The translations under genes were made by a program, and so were the position numbers. From contig MU054187.1 of NCBI GenBank assembly GCA_013239625.1, positions 20,587,280 to 20,651,279 of the forward strand: a DNA stretch of 64,000 bases, read 5' to 3'. The stretch comes from Lama guanicoe (Eukaryota). Under the pieces are notes generated by a model that worked only from the letters and a program-made list of their open reading frames with translations, searched no databases and had not been told where the DNA came from. Of this stretch, positions 12,030-25,746 are shown one piece after another (the first letter of the stretch is position 1; each line of letters starts with the position of its first letter).

Positions 12030-14080
12030 CTATAAAAAATTCCAAAAAAAAGTTCCAGAAGGCTTTTTTTGTCTAAGTTAACAAGCTGATTCTAAATTTT
12101 ATATAGAAATGGATTCTCTTAAGCTTGTTTTGGCTTAAGAAGCAAGATCAAAGTTGGCAGACTTAAATTTACTTTACACATTACCGTAAAAATACAGCAA
12201 CTGAGACAGTGTTTTATCAACATAAGTGCAAACAAACTGATCAATAGAACAGGATAAGAATATCAGAAATATGCTCCCTCATATGTCATCAATTGATCTT
12301 TTGACCTATCTATGCACTAAAGTGATTTAATAGGGAAAAGAAAATGACTTCAACAAATGGTGTTGGACCAACTGGATATACACATGCAGAAATAAACCTT
12401 GAATCTCATATTAATACTAAACATTTAAAAATAATTCAAGATAAATCATAGACCTGAGCCAAACTACACCAAACTACAGCTGTAAACTTTCCAAACAAAA
12501 TATAGGTGTATAATTTTATGATATTGGAATAAACAAAAATATTTTTTGTATAACTAACAAAACCCGCTAAACCTAAGAAAAAAAGATACATTTTACTTAA
12601 GCAGGATAATTTGAATTATCAGAAGATGTTAAAAATAGAACAGATAAATCCTGTCATAAGGGAAAATCAGAAACTATATTTCACAAAGGATTTGTTACTA
12701 AAAAATTGGCCTCTGCACCCCGAAAAGTGAATTCAAACTCAGAGGCAAAGTTTGGGAGTAAAGAAATGAGCAGCTTTATTGCTTTGCCAGGCAAAGGGGA
12801 GTCACAACAGGCTAATGCCTTAGAAACTGTGAATCCATTTTGGGATTAGGGCTGGGTAAATGGGATGGAGTGCAGCACTGATATCAAGCAACATTGTTTT
12901 TTACAAGAGTTCGTCAGGCATCATGCGAACTTCAGGTGGTCCACCAAAGGGAGATCTGCCCATGACCTCTCCTATCTTGATCTAATCCATTTGGTGTCCC
13001 AGAGGCTTCTGGAAGAGGGGATCATTTTCCTAAGGTTATCATTCTGTGACCTTAAATAACTTCTGGTTTTAGGTGAAAATTATTTGGGGTGAGGCATAAA
13101 TCACAGGGTTGGGTTGCTAAGAGTGTAATCAATCAGGCAAATCAAACAATAGTAGTAGCTGAAGGCAAAACAGGTTAGTCAGCTAGAAAGAATTTGAAGA
13201 AAACAAGCTAAAAAATCATAGTATATTCTATGAGCTGCCTTAGCATCAGAGAAGGCATCTGACTCCTTCAGATTCATATCCGTAACATATAAAGATTCCT
13301 ACAAGTCAATGATAAAAACATATACACACAAAATAATAAATTGGAAAAATAATCTTAAAAGGCACTTCACAAAAGAAGATATACTAATGACCAATATCCA
13401 CAGGAATATGTACCCAATGATAATTAAATGGTAAAAAATTAAATTATAATACACTCTGATATCAATTCCTAGAAAAGGAAAAATAAAAATATGAACAATA
13501 TTGACATATTTTTGGAGCAAGTGAAACAGTCAACCATTTCTGATGGGAGTGTAAAATAGTATAAACACATTAGAAAGTTGTTAGACATTTTCTCATAAAG
13601 TTAAACATATATCTACCAATATTACCCAACAAACGCATTTCTACAGATTTACATAATAGAAGTTAAAATATATGTTCACAAAAAAGTCTTGCACAAGAAG
13701 GTTCCTTACAGCTTTATTTATAGTAGCCAGAAACTGGAGACAACCACGCCAAGTTGTGATATATTCGTATGTTCATGCAATATGGTATTATCAGCAATAA
13801 AAGATACAGATATGGATATCTGCAACCACATAGATGAATCATTAAAAAACCACAGGACACTGAGCAAAGTTAAACACAAAAGAACACAAACTGCGTGATG
13901 TTTGCTGTTTATACAAATTGAAGAATGCAAATAAAAGAGACATGAGGGAACATTCTAGTATGAAGACAATATTCTGTTTCAATTTAGGTGGTGGTTACAC
14001 GAGTGTGAACACAATTGTCAAACTCACTTAGTTGTTTACTTCAGATCTGTGCATTTTATTTTATTCATACCTCAATGAAA
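12030..14080 (+). mobile_element. Old L1M ORF2 3' part and 3'UTR (L1MD/ME-like), split by an ERV1 LTR
   Basis: 'acaagctgattctaaattttatatagaaat', 'cttcaacaaatggtgttggaccaactggatat', 'ggcacttcacaaaagaagatata', terminal 'atctgtgcattttattttattcatacctcaatgaaa'. Confidence 0.8.
12693..13270 (-). mobile_element. ERV1-class solo LTR (578 bp)
   Basis: TG...CA termini (minus strand TGAAGG...GTAACA); AATAAA on minus at 12775-12780; 4-bp TSD gatt at 12689-12692 and 13271-13274; the L1 sequence rejoins across it. Confidence 0.88.
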
Positions 14081-15280
14081 CGTATGTCACTTATGTGATG
14101 TTTTTATCTCTGGCTTTAAGCTGTTAAGGAATTTATATGAAAACCAGACCACAGCTATTCCATTTGGGCACAATTTTAAAGCAGCCTCTTTTCACTTGTG
14201 TGATGGCCTGGACATTTTTCAGTATTTACATCATAATAATTATATTCCATTCAGGGAGCATTCCTGACCACCTACTATATGACAGACACTGTGCTGTTTG
14301 TCAGGGAAATAGCAGGGATTATGAAAGGATTTCTGTCACTTTGGGACTGTAGTAATGACAGGACTCAGACTATACTTCAGGGCCGTAAGATACTCAGTTT
14401 AAAAAAAGCACTGGCAAAACTAGGCAATGCATATCAATGTTTCAAAATATATTTTAAATTATGCTAAATTAAAAATATATCTTTCTGTGTCATAATACTA
14501 TTCAGCTCCAATTCTGCTTTCCAAAGCATTTAAAATTTACATGAAGCCTAAATAATCTCTCTTCAAAAATGGCTTAATTAATTGACCTTCACATGACATT
14601 TAAAAAGAAAACTCTCATAGGAAAAACCTTAGCAAACCACTGAAAATTTGAGTGAATGAATATCACTAGGAGGTGGATAAGAATGTTAATTATGTCCTAG
14701 ACCAATTCAGATAATCAATGCATTAGTGCTAATTAATAACATTAATAAAGTATGAAGCATTATGAAAATGAATAATTATCATTTTATTAAAAGATATTTT
14801 TTAAAAAGCTGTGGAACTGGGCTAGGTTCTGGTCAATCCATATTGATTAATATTCTCTGATTACTCTGTACACAAGGAATTTTGACAAAGGTTCTATGCT
14901 CTCATTGCTGAAACACTGAACTTGTACCTAAGTGCCAGTCCAAAGTGTTTATTTTGCTATTTCAAAATTAGCCTCACATACAATACAGTTAATTATACAC
15001 CCAAAAAACCAAATCAGTAAAAATGAAATCTATTAGATTTACCGAAGTAGTTCAAATTCCATCAGGTTTTGGTGATAAGATTTTTAGGTCAGATTCTTGA
15101 AAAGCACAATTGTGGAAATACAGAATGTGGATACAGGTTTAGTTCCTCATAGCAACACTCAGATTCTGTCTATCATTTTAATGGCAGGGAAGAGAAAAGC
15201 CAGGGCAAAACTGACTTTTGAAATCATTATTTATATTCTACATTCAATATGAAGGAATCATTTCTGTATTTTCAGAAGCC

Positions 15281-15753
15281 TATGGTAGTTTTCTGAACTG
15301 CAGTAACAAATTACCACCAAACTGATGGATACAAACAATTGAAATGTATTCTCTCACAGTTCTGAAGGCCCCAAATCCTAAATCAGTACCACAAAGCTGA
15401 AATCAAGGGCCAGAGGCTCCCTGGGAAAATGTGTCCCATTCCTCTTTCAGCATCTGATGGCCACTGGCATTCTTTGACTTGTTGACCACATCCCTCCCAT
15501 CTCTGCCTCTATGGTCCCATTGCCTTTCCCTCTTCCTGGTGTATATAATATTCCTCTCCCTCCTTATAAGGTCAGTTGTGATGTCACTGAGGATCAGCTG
15601 GATAATCCAAGATAAACCTCTCATCACAAAATTCTTAATTTAATCACATTCGCAAAGACTTCTTGTAAAGAAAAATATATATAATAATGTTCACAGGTTC
15701 CAGAGATTAGAATATGAATACCTTTGGGGAAGGTCTTATTTTTCCCTGCGCCA
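15281..15753 (-). mobile_element. MaLR solo LTR (MLT1B/C-like)
   Basis: 'gtaacaaattaccac...tattctctcacagttctgaagg...ggataatccaagataaacctctcatc...ttaatcacattcgcaaagact...ttcacaggttccagagattag'. Confidence 0.85.
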
Positions 15754-15777
15754 ATTTCCCCATTCTCTTACTATTTT

Positions 15778-15858
15778 TGTAGGATCACCTCCCAAATAAA
15801 CTGCCTAGAAATAAGGTTTGTTTCAGGGTTCATTTTGGGGAGAAACCCACCTAAGACG
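15778..15858 (+). mobile_element. ERVL LTR 3' end (LTR16-like)
   Basis: 'gatcacctcccaaataaactgcc...tcagggttcattttggggagaaacccacctaagac' matches the terminus of this LTR group. Confidence 0.55.
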
Positions 15859-15869
15859 GTTAGCTTGGT

Positions 15870-16110
15870 TCTAAGAGCTTAGAGAGTTTCTGCATATAAT
15901 TGAAGACAACACAGAGTGTGGACACAAACACTGGAGGTGAGGGTGTAGGGAGAGGCTGTGGTAGTTCCCATGTAATTGTTTCTGTTTTTTCCTTGAAATA
16001 GGAAGCAAGTGATAAGCTGAGTCTGAAAGTATGTTGGAGGTCAGTAGAAAGAGGAGAGTATTTAATAGCCAACTTGAATAGAGGTAGAAAAAAATGGATT
16101 GGCAAAATAT
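15870..16110 (-). mobile_element. L2 ORF fragment
   Basis: Translates LASYFKEKTETITWELPQ, similar to the L2 ORF motif ASYFTEKIEAIRRELP. Confidence 0.6.
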
Positions 16111-18956
16111 GACATCATTTCTCAGAAGCATGAAAAGCCTACCTTGTATCATTAATCAGAAACATAATCTGAATTATATTTCCTTTAAATTCAAGCTGCT
16201 CACTCTGCTTGGAACACACTATCACTCAATTCTTTCCTAAGGTCTACCTTTAAATGTTCTTTTTTATATTTATTTCAGTTATGGTGTTTATAATTGATTT
16301 GGTGTAATAGCTTATGTTCACAAATCTCTGGGAATAAGATACAGCAGAAAACTGTTTAAAGAGTTGTTTAGATCAACCCTTTTACCCCCTATAATTGTAC
16401 TATAACTAGTACAGAAGAAATAATGGGGATATGTGGATTTTTTCAAAGACTTTAATTTTTAGCAATTTTAGTGGGGAGGGGCATTTTAAGATCTACTAAG
16501 TTTTATCACCTGATAAACTGCAATTTATTTTAATATTTCTTTATCTTGTTCCTCTCACATTCTCCTTATTCTGCCATGTAGGCTTTTGACAGACTATCAG
16601 ATGGCAAGTCCCAAGACAGTATGTCTGTCTCATAATTTGGTGTCTTCCAATTTGCTTACAGTATAATTTTGTTATCTTAAAGGTAATAGGCTCGATTAAA
16701 GCAGCATGTTCCCCATTGAAAATAAGAAGAAAATACATATTAAGTTGACATTTAATTATTCAATACAGCATTATTGCTTACTGTCATGTGCTAAGTCCCG
16801 TAATAAAGTATAAAAATAAATATGGCAAGGCTCTTTTTGAGTGATGCCTTAATGCTAGGCAAGGGTAGAGGATGGAATAGGAAATGGAATGGAATGTTAG
16901 TTATGAATTAGCAAATTCAACATTACTGTAACTTTCTTGTTTGTCAAGGATATTTCAGAGCTGCATATACTCTTTGTTGGTCATTCTGTAATGGATAGTC
17001 TCTCAATATATTTGGCTAGTCATTGATTGCAGAGCAAGATCATCGTTAGAGGTGATATAAACATTCCACATTTGTTTTTGATCTGCATCAGCTTCTTCCC
17101 TGTATATTCAAAATACTTTCAGAGAAAATTATGAACTTCATCAGAAAATGTGGAAAAATGCATTGTGTCTCATTGTACATTAAATCAATACAGAACTGAG
17201 TATAAGGGTTTCTCTAGGTTGAACCAGTGAAAGACTTTTATATATTCTTGGATGTTCCTGAGATGGAAGATGGGGTCCCAAGAAGATTTTCTTGGCCTAA
17301 ATGCTTTGCAACCAATGGATTTGATTAAAATGATAACAAATTACAAAATCTTTCTGCTGTAGAGATTGTATGCCCTTTGTGTGTCTTCTATTTATAGATT
17401 TTTTAATGATTGTATCAGCTCATTTATTTCTTGCCTGCAAAATTGTGATTATGATAATACTGCATATCTCAAATAACCAATCTTAGTGAAAGGAATTGGT
17501 ACTAGACATACAATCTACACTATTAAGATTACCCCGAAGCAATAATATGAAAATAAGGTAAATGGTGTGAATATGTCATCTGCTATTAACAGCATATATA
17601 ATGTTTGATGTTAGTAGATACTATATTTGAAAATCATATTTGAAAAGTCTGAATTTCCCTTAGGTTTTAAATTAACTACCTTGTATTTTACATTTTTCTT
17701 CATGGCTTTGGTATGTGAAACTAAGAAGTCAATTTATGATGCTCCCAGAGGAGTTAATTATTCAGGAAGTGTATAATTAGAGTCTTGTATTTGTCTTCAT
17801 AACAAACTCTATTCTTGTTATAATTTTTTTAAAAATCAACTGATTTTAAATGAGCATTTTAGGGTTCCAGTTCTTGAAAATGTTAAGCCTTGGATAACTG
17901 CCAGAATATAAGTTACACACAGAGAGATGAAGATGCAATTAGTTGTATTAATTTGGCAAGGGTTGATTGTTCCCACTGTTGTTTCACATTCATAGGAGGC
18001 TTGGTAGAGATCACGATTAGGACTTAGGGTACTAAGAATATCTAAGTTCAAAAAATAGACTGACTCCCTTATGCTCATTGAATGGTCCTTCCACATCTTG
18101 TGAATATTTAAAACTGCAGAGGTAAAGCTATTTATTTATGTTCCATTCTTTTTCAGATAAGCCCCCTAAACATTAATAATTCCAAGCAGTCACAGTACAA
18201 TAATTTTATAATTATACAGGCTTAAATTATTTTGCATGATGTTAAGCCTCAGTTTTAATATTTAACATCACAGTTAATTGTTCAGGGTTCATTGCCCCAC
18301 CAAATAATAAATTTAGTCCCATAAAAGAAACTATACGTTAAGATAATTGTGCAAATGGATTTCATTTAATTATTCTTAAAACAGTTCAGATTCACAGCTC
18401 AATTAAAAGGTGATGAATTGCACATAATTTGTTCCCTTTTTATGGATTATAGATTAGAGATAATATTACCTCAGGAGACTTTTTTTTTTCCACCCGTGGT
18501 TTTACAATCTGTTGTTCTAAATGTAAACTGATTGAACCCACAATTCCCTTCTGTCACAGCAGGTTTCTGGCTTTCAGTGTTTTTCTGCTTGTGTAATTAC
18601 ATATTTTAAGATGCTGTGTTAATCAGTAACCATATTCTGGAGTCTCGGGGGATCTAGCAGAAATTTGTTGGAGATAAAATGTTTTCACCTTTTTAAAGTC
18701 AGTACTTCCAGTTATAAGCTTAGGTTACTTATTTGGTATAAAAGCCTGTTCACAAAATCTTTCATTTGCTCATTTACAATCATACATAGACTCATACAAG
18801 TTTTTAGTTGGAACAGCCTTCAGAAATCTGGTAGTCTCATTGACTCAATTCCAAGTATAAGGAAATTGAGACTTGAGTTGAGGGGAAGGAGCAACTGTGT
18901 TGGTACAATATTCTTATTTCAAATTCTAAATTTATCACTTACTGGATAGGTTACTC

Positions 18957-19391
18957 TGTTGATGTCTTATTGTTGCTGAAACAAATAACTATAAATTAAG
19001 TGATTTAAAACAATGCAGATTTATTCCTTCCCAGTTTTGGCTGCTAGGGGTCCAAAATCAAGGTGTCCCTTCTGGAGGCTTCAGGAGAGAATCTGTTTTC
19101 CTGCCTTTTCCACCTTCTAAGCAAGGCAGTTTGATTCTTTGTCTTAGAGCACATCACTCCAGCTTCTGGTTCTGTTAAAACATCTCCTTTTTCTAACTCT
19201 GATCCTCTAGCCTTCCTCTTAGAGGGAACCTTGAGATCATATATACCAAAATGTGTAATCCAGATTATCTCCCCATCTTAAAATACTTCATCTTATTTAC
19301 AAAGTCCCCTTTACCATGTAAATGAACAGACTCAGAGGTTCCACAGATTAGACCCTTGGATATCTTTGAAGGACCATTATCAGCCTACCAA
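18957..19391 (-). mobile_element. MaLR solo LTR (MLT1C/D-like)
   Basis: 'gtccaaaatcaaggtgtc..cttctggaggcttcaggagagaatctgtt...aaagtcccctttaccatgtaa...ccattatcagcctacca'. Confidence 0.82.
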
Positions 19392-21039
19392 GGTTATTTT
19401 ACATCCTCTTTAAAACAGGCTTGAATACCATAGGGCTATTTTAAAGTTGCCTAACACTCCACCATCTCTCTTTTGGTAGAGCTTTTGTTAATTTCTCATC
19501 TGTTGTATTAATCTAACTGATTTTCCTATCTGAAGTACGATTTTTCTCTAATGCAGACTTTACCCTATGGCTATAAAAATTCAAATATGTTCATATTATT
19601 CTCTTGCTTAATTCATTCAATGACTCTCCTTTACTTATTTAAAAAGTGTACATTCCTCATAACATTTTACAACAGAGATGGAATCCAGCTGTCCTGGTTG
19701 AGTTTTGTAACCTACCATATGATCCACATGCTAATTAATTTTTCCTCCCAGAACTTTACATAAGTTGTTTCCTCTGCTGGAAATAAAGACTTACTTAAGC
19801 TCTTTCATGTCTAGAAAAATTATATTCATTCCCTAAGACTTATTCCACTGTATCCTCTTATTTAACATCTTCCCAGAGTAGACTTCTACCACACTTTGCT
19901 TTTATCTGTATCATTGCACTTATCATGTGTTATTACAATTATACTATATTTTTTTCTTTGTTGTACACTCGGTGATGAGTTCAAGAGTGATGCCTGTGCT
20001 CTGAATGTTATTTTATAATATCATGAATGATTAGGAGGAAGATTTCTCAAGAAAATCCACGTTTCTGTCCATAACCATAAATTCTGCAGGGAATAGAGAA
20101 TCTCCCATTTAGAAACATAAATTAAACATCACAAATAGTGCTGTAGAAATAGGGAATTTTAAGGCACAGAGGAAGCTCAGTGAAAATTGGAATATTTTAT
20201 TTAGCTGTTTTACCCTCAGTGTGATGATTGCAAATAAATATTCTGATAAAAATTCTAAAACGCAGAACTCATCATACCCATCTAGGGAGGAATGAAGTTT
20301 CACTAAAGTATATCGATAGTATTGATATAAGAAAAAAAGTCCTGAGCAATCAATATTCTCTAAACTAAATGGGTGAACGCAATCAACGTAGTCAAGAGTC
20401 TGTAACCAAATTCACAGTCTGCCTTTAAACCCAAAACAGTTGAAACAAAATGACAACAATAAAGAGGCCACCCTACTCTAGGCAAATGCATGGAGACTAC
20501 TTTCTGATCCAGCCAGAGTTGTCCTCAACTCCTTCTTTGCCCTTTCAGTGCACCTTAGCCCCTAGCTCCACCATTTCCTTACCCTTAGCTTCATTAAGCA
20601 CTTTCTTTCTACAGTCATTCAGAGATCATATGCCCCTGTGGGTAACAATGGGACACAGCTGTCTTTGGAGGAGTAATAAACAAAAAGGAACACTGGAAGC
20701 AAGGGAAATTGTGGTCATTTTTATACTCTCTTTCAGAAGGAAGATCTTCAAACTACATGTCTCTCCTGAAGAATGATTCTTGTATAGAATCTAACTAACC
20801 AAGTAAGGAAAAACTAATTTGTTATTGGAACCACAACTCATTTAATGTACCATTATTCTTCAAAAATATGATAAGCAATATATATCATTGTAGACAACCT
20901 AAAATGTCTATACGATTGGGAAAAAGATCACAGGGAGAAATTCTCACCCCTCTTTCAGAAGTTTACAGGCAAATACATGCCCACAAGCAGAGGAGAAGCA
21001 ACACAACAGAATGGGAAGAACATGTCTTGCTTTCAGAAT

Positions 21040-21073
21040 TGTGTGTGTGTGTGTGTGTGTGTGTGTCTGTGTG
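21040..21073. repeat. (TG)n microsatellite inside a probable old MLT1 fragment (~20950-21200)
   Basis: Visible TG run; downstream 'tttagtttaaattaactcgagctagatttccaccctttgcaatt' resembles an MLT1 end. Confidence 0.85.
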
Positions 21074-21310
21074 AGTGCCATCAGTAGAGCTTCACACTCG
21101 TTCCTTTATTAATATTTGCCTGGTAACACCTTTCCACTCTTTTAGTTTAAATTAACTCGAGCTAGATTTCCACCCTTTGCAATTAAGAAATCATAGTCTA
21201 CTTCATCTATCTGTGAATGTTGCTATGAAAAACTCTCACAAACTGGGTAAGTTAATTATATAATTAAATATATATTTCCCAATGCCATTTTCACTTAAAA
21301 ACATACTTTG

Positions 21311-21650
21311 AACTTATTCACAAAATAGAAACAGACTCACAGACAAAGAAAACAAACTTACAGTTACCAGAGGGGGAAAGAGCGGTGGGGAGGGATAAAC
21401 TGGGAGTTCAAGATTTGCAGATACTAACCACTATATATAAAATAGACAAATAACAAGTTTATACTGTATAGCACAGGGAACTATGTTCAATATCTTGTAG
21501 TAACCTATAATGAAAAAGAATATGAAAATGAATATATGTATGTATATGTGTGACTGAACTATTATGTTGTACACCAGAAATTGACACAACATTGTAAACT
21601 GGCTATATTTCAATTAAAAATTTTAAATAACATAGAAAAATAAAATAATA
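21311..21650 (+). mobile_element. Relatively young 5'-truncated L1 3' end (cetartiodactyl/camelid type)
   Basis: 'acagactcacagacaaagaaaacaaacttacagttaccag...tactgtatagcacagggaactat...gtacaccagaaattgacacaacattgtaaactg..tttcaattaaaaa'. Confidence 0.9.
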
Positions 21651-22435
21651 TATTTGAAAACAATTTTGTGATCTCTATAGTTGAAATATAATTTTTTTAT
21701 GAATTCAATATGGTACAGATTGATGAGAAAATCTTCTGCTCTGACAGTGGAGAGGTTTTAGCACTGCATTCATCTACTAACAATCTCATTGACTTCATGT
21801 ACTTCACCGTCACTAGAGGGAAGGGCTGATGCCTAAGTACAGCTGGTGGCCCATGCCTTTAGTGCTGGTCTCTGAATCTTTTTTACATACTCTTTCCAAA
21901 AGATCTACTTCCCAGAATTTTGAATTTACTGCGTTGAGACAGTAGTTTGGAGACTGACATATTCCATGTAAAACTGTAAAGAATAAGTAATTATATTAAT
22001 GAACTTTCTTTGCCAAAGACATAAATAGCCCAAGGAAAACATTTCTTAAGCTATTTTCAGATTTTGAATTATTGGAAAATTCCGTAGTACTGCAGATTGC
22101 AACTTGAACTGCTGGCCACAAAGCTTTAAAAATAAAGTGTTTGTCTTCGCTCTGCTGACAGTTAAATGAATATGAAAGAGAAAAGTAATCATATTTTACA
22201 AATTCAAGGAAAGGAATGCTCAGGGAAACTTCCCATGTTAGACTAATTAAGTAGAAGGACCTGGCTGTATCAAACTCTACCAACAACTAGCTTAGGTAAA
22301 ATTAGATAATGCAATTGTACACTCAAGTTCATGCCATGGGGGCAGGCTAAAGTGACTACACCTTGTTGGATTGTGGATTAAAATTAATGATCTATATCTT
22401 TTCAGGAACTTTTTTCAGGGTTTCTGTGTATATTT

Positions 22436-22910
22436 TGACCAAGAGGACCTCACAGTTCTCTTCAGCTTGACTACATCTTAGATAAGTTTCTTCCTGGTTA
22501 TCAGCTCCTGATCCCCGCTTTCTTAGACAAATTTGCAACTGTAAATTCTTTCTCTTGCCTTTTGAGAAATAAATTCTTTCCCAGCCTCTATCCACTTTTA
22601 CAACCCCAGGAAAGTCTCAAGGACTTGGGACACATCCCTTAAGACATAATCATCTAAGGAGATAGCGCTTTAATCTCAGTCCTTGTAGGAGGGTGGCAGC
22701 TTACAAGGGACAATCAGCAAACAGCGATGGCCTGATCATACTGAGAAACCAATCCCCCAACATCTAACAGTACTTTTCAGTTAGCTTACCTAGGGTTTAA
22801 AAATCACCCAGGCTTTTGCTTCAGAGAATCGAGTTCAATCTCTCCTATGTCAATGGTTTTGAATAAAGAATCCCTTGCCTGTTTAACTCTGTGATGCAAT
22901 TTTTTTGGCA
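22436..22910 (+). mobile_element. ERV1 solo LTR (MER67-like)
   Basis: TG..CA ends; 'cagcttgact...tttcttcctg...ttgcaactgtaaattctttctc...ttttacaacc', TATA-like tttaaaaa, AATAAA at 22862-22867; family name tentative. Confidence 0.7.
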
Positions 22911-23167
22911 GCTGAAGAAGATCTACTATTTCAAAGTCAATAAATGGCTCCTTAGCAATAATAATAATATGCCAACTTGCATGCTCTCTTGCCCGATTCA
23001 TTCGTCCTCCCTCATGTAACCTAGTCAATGCTTCAGAATTTTATTTTAGAGTTTTTGAATAATTTTTTTTCAAGTTACTGCTTTGGAGAAATCAAAATGT
23101 CCATTCTCTGGATACACAGAATAATTTAAAGTAAACATCCCACGTTAACTTCTGTTCAAGAATTTCA

Positions 23168-23245
23168 AAACTGAGACTTCACCCAAGTGAAGGCACTAGG
23201 TTGCCAAAAGTCACACTGGTAGTCCAGACTGAATTCCAGCCCTGA
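23168..23245 (-). mobile_element. MIR fragment
   Basis: 'aaactgagact...ttgccaaaagtcacac' resembles the MIR core. Confidence 0.4.
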
Positions 23246-25616
23246 GTACAAACATACGCTTGGCTGATCGGAATTTTTTAACTTTTTGCATGCCCTCAGT
23301 TCACCTTCTAGCTGAAAGTGCTAATGAACGAGAAAAGGCCAAAATGTAGGCATGACAATGAAAAAGAAAGCATGAAGTGTAGACAAAAATAATTTTCAAA
23401 TAATAGAAGTTTACAATATTTAAAGAGAAGGAAAGAGCAAGTGAAAATCAGAATACAAATTTTAATTTCACACAAATGCATTATTTTCCTTTTCTTTTTC
23501 CTTACACAAACATATCTTTAGTTAAGCAGAAGTGCATGCTTTGTTGGATGCTTTTAAATATTAAAATAATTTAGAAAAATTTTTTAAGTTTAAATACTTT
23601 AAACCAGAGTAGTTGAGGAGAGTGTTTTTTGGAATTTGATTTAAAATTTTGTTGTTGTTGTTGTTTCATTGGAAAATTCATAATTTAGTTACTATGCAGC
23701 CTAGCTTACAGCGAGCATTCAATAAATATTTTAAAGTACTATTGTGATTTTTATTATCATTGTTAATTACAGCACTGAGTTGTTGAAAATAGTCCTTGAG
23801 TTTGAACACTGGCTGCAATAATGACTTGCTCGGGCAAGTTGTACATGCTGTCTGTATACACTTCCTTCTTCTACAAAATATGCGCTCTTTCCCCATCTTT
23901 GTCTCCAGTGGAGACTTAGCAGTGAATCCTTCAGTCATGAAAGAAAGTTTAGAAGTAAATTTTTTTTAATTCCTATTAAAATTCCCTGAAATTTCCTTTG
24001 TTTCCCCTTTGGCAGATGAGGGTTAGCACAGATTCGGTGTCTTCCCTCGCTTGCTTTCCTTATGTCCTCTGGTCCACACCCCTGAGGCCTCAGTGTGGCA
24101 CTAAGGCCCTCTGTCACAGCTGGGCTGGCCTGAGAAATTATCCTTCTTTCCTCTTCAGCATAATTTATGCTTTAACTTCTTATATCACAGAGTAGAGTCA
24201 GAGAGTAAGAGACAGAGAAAGAATGACTAGGAAAATTATATTTTAAATATTTTATAGTTAAGATTGATATAAAATTTTTACTGCACTGTAATGTTTTCAT
24301 CAAGTAGGAGAAAAGAATTGCCTGGATTCATATACATACATACAAACACAGACGCACACACACAGACCTGCATCCGCCTGTGCACACACTCAGAGCTTTA
24401 GTAAATAAAATGGAGAAAGGAGTAGTTTCAGTAGAAGACACATATGTCAATGTGAGATTTGGGACAGGAATTCTTTGACAGTCTGAAAACAGGACTCTTG
24501 GAGAACTGATAGAAAGAAACCAGCTAACTGGGTGTCTCCTGCAGGAAGCACATTCTAAAGATTTAAAGTTGAACCCTTCAAGATTGAATGGTGTTATGAT
24601 TTATGTTCTAAGGTTAGAAAATTATTGCTTAATGCAGCAGAAACTTTGAAAAAGAAAAGAAATACCAGCAAAATAACATGTGAATTAAACAAATATCAGA
24701 GCTGTAAATGTATATGCATTGACGCTACCTAGCCCTAAGCAGAGACAGAAAATTACTACTGAAAATGTAATATTCCAAAATGCACATCTTTGCCATGACA
24801 AATATGGATATTAAATCAATTTTTATGAATGCTATTGACTTTCAGGGTTCATAGGAGAGAAAATACTTTCAGTGAATGTCAAGTAAGTGTTAGTATAATA
24901 TATGTACAAATTAGTCAAATAAGTCAAGTTATTCTGCTTTGTCCATTTGGAAAGTAAATTTTCTATAAAGAAATTCTACCTCTAAAAATTATGTCTAATA
25001 GAGACTTTACATTTCTGTGGGTGGAAATTAGTACAGAGGCAGTGGAACGCACATCCACAACACAGTATTCCAACTATTTCCAAGTCAATTTGGTTAGGAA
25101 TAAATGATTAAAGTCTTAATAGTTAGGGATTTGCAGTGTCTTTGCTGTACATATTTTTAAAAACAGGTAGCATTGTTGCTGGAGCTATACACATGGGAAG
25201 ACAAACCCAGCAATTTCTTTCTATAGAAATCAATAAATAAACAAGTGGTACATATGTATGGCTTAGAAATAGGCGGTTATGTGAACAACTCAAGTGAAAA
25301 TTACTACACATCTCTCAGCACATTTTTTGGTAGTAAATAACTGTAAAGGTATAAATAAGTTGTAACTGTAAAGGTGTAAGTTGCAAACAAAAGTAAAATA
25401 AGGTGTATTTTAAACATCTTACAGGAAAGTTTCATATGTAATATCCCACAGAAAAATTATAATAATAGTAGTTTGCTACCCAAATTAAGAGTTTATTAAC
25501 CAGCAAACTTCACTGGGTCCTCCTTGCTACTGGCATCAGTTTCCTTTGGGGCCTGCCCTAATTCTTCACAATGTCTTAAATCATCCAATCAGAGATTGTT
25601 GGAGTTAAAGCTTTAT

Positions 25617-25746
25617 GGGGGGTGGGTATAGCTCAGTGGTAGAGCCCATGCATAGCACGCATGAGGTCCTGGGTTCAAACCCCAGGACCTCCATTAAATC
25701 CTTCATTAAATAAATAAACAAATTACCTCCCCCAAAAAACAAACAA
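25617..25746 (+). mobile_element. tRNA-Ala-derived SINE (vic-1-like)
   Basis: 'gggtatagctcagtggtagagcccatgcatagcacgcatgaggtcctgggttcaaaccccaggacctccattaaa...aattacctcccccaaaaa'. Confidence 0.92.
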
